Origin: an uncultured Aliarcobacter sp.
GTDB taxonomy: Bacteria; Campylobacterota; Campylobacteria; Campylobacterales; Arcobacteraceae
Assembly (NCBI GenBank): GCA_963677435.1
Contig: OY781945.1
Location: 2,368,001 to 2,432,000, forward strand
Direction of reading: 5' to 3'
Length of the DNA: 64,000 nt
Under the pieces are notes generated by a model. The model was not told where the DNA came from, did not search any database, and saw nothing but the letters and a program-made list of their open reading frames with translations. Positions 60,946 through 64,000 of the stretch are shown piece after piece; positions within the stretch are counted from its first letter, which is position 1; the number at the start of each line of letters is the position of its first letter. The translations under genes were made by a program, and so were the position numbers.

Positions 60946-61344
60946 CTATTTTCCAGTAGTTGTAACGTTTTCGTCTTTAATCTTAGCTACTAAATCTTTT
61001 GCAGTTGAACCAATTAATTTAACTTTTTCAACTGATTTTGATAATTTATACACTGATTTAATAGAATCAAGTGTAATTTCATCAAGTGTTGCAATTTGAG
61101 ATACTTTATCAACATTGATAGAGTATGGTTTAACTGTTCTTGAAAAGAATCCAACTTTAGGAAGTCTTTTGTAAAGTGGTTGTTGACCACCTTCAAAACC
61201 TCTTTTAATTTTATAACCAGATCTAGCTTTTTGACCTTTGTTACCTTTTCCAGCTGTTTTACCAGTACCGCTACCTTGACCTCTACCAATTCTTTTAGTA
61301 TTTTTTGTACTACCAGCTGCTGGTTGTAAGTTATTTAATTCCAT
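60946..61344 (-). CDS. rplO: 50S ribosomal protein L15
   Basis: [25 protein letters not shown]. Confidence 0.97.
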   Translation of the reverse strand: MELNNLQPAAGSTKNTKRIGRGQGSGTGKTAGKGNKGQKARSGYKIKRGFEGGQQPLYKRLPKVGFFSRTVKPYSINVDKVSQIATLDEITLDSIKSVYKLSKSVEKVKLIGSTAKDLVAKIKDENVTTTGK

Positions 61345-61349
61345 AATTT

Positions 61350-61793
61350 CTATCCTTTAATCTTAGCTAATGCTTCAACAGTAGCTTGTACAAGGTTGTT
61401 TGGATTATTTGAACCTAAAGATTTTGCAATAATATCTTTAACTCCAGAAAGCTCAAGAACAGGTCTTGCAGCTCCTCCAGCGATAAGTCCAGTACCCTCA
61501 GATGCTGGTTTTAATAATATTTTACTTGCATTATATTTATGTTCAATATCATGTGCGATTGTAGTTCCTTTAATAGAAACAGTAACTAAGCTTTTAAATG
61601 CGTCATCTAATGCTTTTTTAATTGCATCAGGAACCTCTTTAGCTTTACCAGTTCCAAATCCTACTGTACCGTTTTTATCACCAACAACAACTAAAGCTGT
61701 AAATCTGAATCTTCTACCACCCTTTACAACTTTTGTTACTCTTCCGATTTTAACGATTGCTTCTTGAAAGTCTTCTCTATTTACTGCCATCAT
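61350..61793 (-). CDS. rpsE: 30S ribosomal protein S5
   Basis: [22 protein letters not shown]. Confidence 0.97.
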   Translation of the reverse strand: MMAVNREDFQEAIVKIGRVTKVVKGGRRFRFTALVVVGDKNGTVGFGTGKAKEVPDAIKKALDDAFKSLVTVSIKGTTIAHDIEHKYNASKILLKPASEGTGLIAGGAARPVLELSGVKDIIAKSLGSNNPNNLVQATVEALAKIKG

Positions 61794-61799
61794 TAACCC

Positions 61800-62159
61800 T
61801 TATAATTTGATACCATTTTCTCTTAATGCGTCAGCAAATGCTGCTACAACACCATGATAAAGATAACCATTTCTGTCATAAACAACTGATTCAATTCCAG
61901 CTGCTTTTAAGTTTTCAGCAAGTTGTGCTGCTACTTTTACTGCATTTTCTTTATTCACATTTAAACCCATAGCTTTTGAGCTAACTGCTGCTAAAGTTAC
62001 ACCTTCAACATCATTGATAGCTTGTGCACTAACGTATTTGTTAGATTTGAAAATTGATACTCTTGGCTTTTCAGCTGTACCAAAAATCGATCCTCTAACT
62101 CTTTTTTTTCTTTTGATTCTTAACGCATTTTTTTTTGCTAAATCTTTAATTCTACTCAT
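61800..62159 (-). CDS. rplR: 50S ribosomal protein L18
   Basis: [18 protein letters not shown]. Confidence 0.96.
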   Translation of the reverse strand: MSRIKDLAKKNALRIKRKKRVRGSIFGTAEKPRVSIFKSNKYVSAQAINDVEGVTLAAVSSKAMGLNVNKENAVKVAAQLAENLKAAGIESVVYDRNGYLYHGVVAAFADALRENGIKL

Positions 62160-62168
62160 AGTTACACC

Positions 62169-62705
62169 TTACTTCTTAGAAGTTTTTCCGGCTTTTCTGA
62201 TGATTTTCTCATCAGTATATTTAACACCTTTACCTTTGTACGGTTCTGGTTTTCTAAAGCCTCTAATAATTGCAGCAGCTTGACCAACTTGTTGTTTGTC
62301 AGCACCTTTTACATGAATTAAGTTTTTTTCAACAGTAACTTCTAATCCTTTTGGGATTTCATAGTTAATAGGATGAGAATAACCTAATTGTAGTTCTAAA
62401 ACTTCACCTTTTACAGCAGCTCTGTAACCAACACCATTGATTTCTAAAGATTTACTAAATCCTGTAGTAAGACCATTGATAGCATTAGCAGTTAAAGCTC
62501 TATAAGTTCCCCAAAATGCAGAAGATTCTTTTGTTTCACCATTTCTAGTTAATACAACTTGACCATCAGCTATTTCGATTCCAACTCTTCCGTGTGTTTC
62601 AATAGTAGAAACATTGTTCCCTTTTTTAACAGAAATGATAGAACCATTTACTGTTACTTCAATCCCAGCTGGGATTGCGATAGGTTTTTTTCCAATTCTA
62701 GACAT
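62169..62705 (-). CDS. rplF: 50S ribosomal protein L6
   Basis: [16 protein letters not shown]. Confidence 0.97.
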   Translation of the reverse strand: MSRIGKKPIAIPAGIEVTVNGSIISVKKGNNVSTIETHGRVGIEIADGQVVLTRNGETKESSAFWGTYRALTANAINGLTTGFSKSLEINGVGYRAAVKGEVLELQLGYSHPINYEIPKGLEVTVEKNLIHVKGADKQQVGQAAAIIRGFRKPEPYKGKGVKYTDEKIIRKAGKTSKK

Positions 62706-62714
62706 TACTCTCTC

Positions 62715-63113
62715 CTACCATACAGTACAAAGTACTTCACCACCAACATTAGCAGCAAATGCTTCATCATTAGCAATTACACCTTTGTTAGTTGAAACGA
62801 TAATAGTACCGTACCCATTTTTAAAGTTTTTAATTTCAGAAGCGTTTTTATAAACTCTTCTTCCTGGTTTAGAAACTCTTGTGATTTCATTGATTACTGA
62901 TTTCTCATTATCATCATATTTCAATTCAACTTGAATTGTTTTTTTATTGTTTTGTCCATCAATAACTTTGAATCCAGCAATATACTCTTTTTGTAATAAA
63001 ACGTTTAAAACACCTACTACAGTATTTGAGTGTAATAATGTTGCAACTTCTAATTTTCTCATTGCAGCATTTCTAATTCTTGTTAAAGCATCTGCGATTA
63101 TATCATTCATCAT
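62715..63113 (-). CDS. rpsH: 30S ribosomal protein S8
   Basis: [25 protein letters not shown]. Confidence 0.97.
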   Translation of the reverse strand: MMNDIIADALTRIRNAAMRKLEVATLLHSNTVVGVLNVLLQKEYIAGFKVIDGQNNKKTIQVELKYDDNEKSVINEITRVSKPGRRVYKNASEIKNFKNGYGTIIVSTNKGVIANDEAFAANVGGEVLCTVW

Positions 63114-63126
63114 AGCTTAAATTCTC

Positions 63127-63312
63127 CTACCAACTAGCTTTTCTAACACCAGGTAATAAACCTTCGTTAGCCATTTTTCTTAAACAAACTCTACATAAAC
63201 CAAAATCTTTATAAACAGAGTGAGGTCTTCCACAAACAGAACATCTTGTGTATGCTCTTACAGCAAACTTAGGTGTTCTTTGTTGTTTAGCGATCATAGA
63301 TTTCTTTGCCAT
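63127..63312 (-). CDS. rpsN: 30S ribosomal protein S14, zinc-binding type
   Basis: [21 protein letters not shown]. Confidence 0.96.
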   Translation of the reverse strand: MAKKSMIAKQQRTPKFAVRAYTRCSVCGRPHSVYKDFGLCRVCLRKMANEGLLPGVRKASW

Positions 63313-63860
63313 TACGCTCTTCCTTTTGTAAATGGAATTCCTACTAATTCTAATAATCTGAATGATTCAGCGTCATTAGTTGAACTAGTAGTAATTGAAA
63401 TATTCATACCATGAGTTTTAATAATGTTATCATATACAACTTCTGGGAACATTAATTGCTCATCTAAACCAAAGTTGAAGTTACCTCTACCATCAAAACC
63501 ATTTTTGTTAAGACCTCTAAAGTCTTTTACTCTTGGTAATGCAACGTTACATAATTTATCTAAGAAGTTATACATTTGCTCACCTCTTAAAGTAACTTTT
63601 ACACCAACTGGCATACCTTCTCTAACTTTAAACCCTGCAACAGATTTTTTAGCAATAACTTTAACAGCTCTTTGACCAGCTATTAAAGAGATTGTATCTT
63701 CAATATTTTGGATTAATTTAGAATCTTTCATCGCTTCACCAGCACCAACTGAAATAACAACTTTTTCTAACTTTGCAGTTAAAGTTTTATTTTTTGGAAA
63801 CTCAGTTTCTAATACTGGTTTGATTTCTGATTTATATTTTTCAAATAATCTTGATGCCAT
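63312..63860 (-). CDS. rplE: 50S ribosomal protein L5
   Basis: [25 protein letters not shown] at 63860. Confidence 0.97.
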   Translation of the reverse strand: MASRLFEKYKSEIKPVLETEFPKNKTLTAKLEKVVISVGAGEAMKDSKLIQNIEDTISLIAGQRAVKVIAKKSVAGFKVREGMPVGVKVTLRGEQMYNFLDKLCNVALPRVKDFRGLNKNGFDGRGNFNFGLDEQLMFPEVVYDNIIKTHGMNISITTSSTNDAESFRLLELVGIPFTKGRA

Positions 63861-63861
63861 C

Positions 63862-64000
63862 TTACTCACCTTCTACTTTTGCTACATTTGAAATGTCAAT
63901 TGGCATTTCTTTGTTAATAAATCCACCATCTGGATTTTTTTCTTGGTCAGGTTTAACAGTTTTTTTAGCAACTTTACAATCTTTTACGATTACTTTATTT
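63862..64000 (-). CDS. rplX: 50S ribosomal protein L24, 3' part (truncated by window edge)
   Basis: Manual translation [38 protein letters not shown]. Confidence 0.92.
   Translation of the reverse strand, partial: NKVIVKDCKVAKKTVKPDQEKNPDGGFINKEMPIDISNVAKVEGE

Noticed and set aside
61344..61350. rpmD (L30) missing between rpsE and rplO
   Set aside because: Normal for Campylobacterota
985..63675. Many short ORFs antisense to or overlapping real genes (for example 7078-7647, 36694-37140, 61396-61767)
   Set aside because: Shadow frames of well-supported genes; no RBS or recognisable motifs
1..64000. Phase-variable homopolymer tracts, tRNA/rRNA genes, transposases, integrases
   Set aside because: No long poly-G/C tracts seen; A/T runs are expected at this composition; no such genes recognised

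Overview
AT-rich chromosomal window from a Campylobacterota bacterium. Gene content (many MCPs, SapC, two adk genes, spc operon without rpmD) points to the Arcobacteraceae; this is inference. 1-20.4 kb is an accessory nitrogen-scavenging region: polar amino-acid-type ABC transporter, NCS2 purine permease, urtABCDE urea ABC transporter, a lone ureD with no adjacent urease subunits, ureidoglycolate lyase, and a TRAP + HpxW-like Ntn hydrolase + TauE operon. It is interrupted by foreign-looking inserts, two of them next to REP-like palindromes: a two-gene unit with integron-cassette-like ends, a TPR protein gene and a broken RhuM gene. 20.4-41 kb holds pstSCAB-phoU, three MCPs, a three-gene phosphorelay, motAB and sapC. 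41-58.6 kb is mostly housekeeping (pnuC plus kinase, uvrC, alr, two adk, ygiQ, aspS) and also carries a soluble tandem-sensor/CheW fusion, a histidine-free ZnuA-like protein and a small HTH gene followed by a long G-U-rich hairpin. 58.7-64 kb is the distal spc ribosomal operon (rplX to infA). No rRNA, tRNA, CRISPR array, integrase or transposase was recognised. All calls come from reading motifs by eye; no searches were run.
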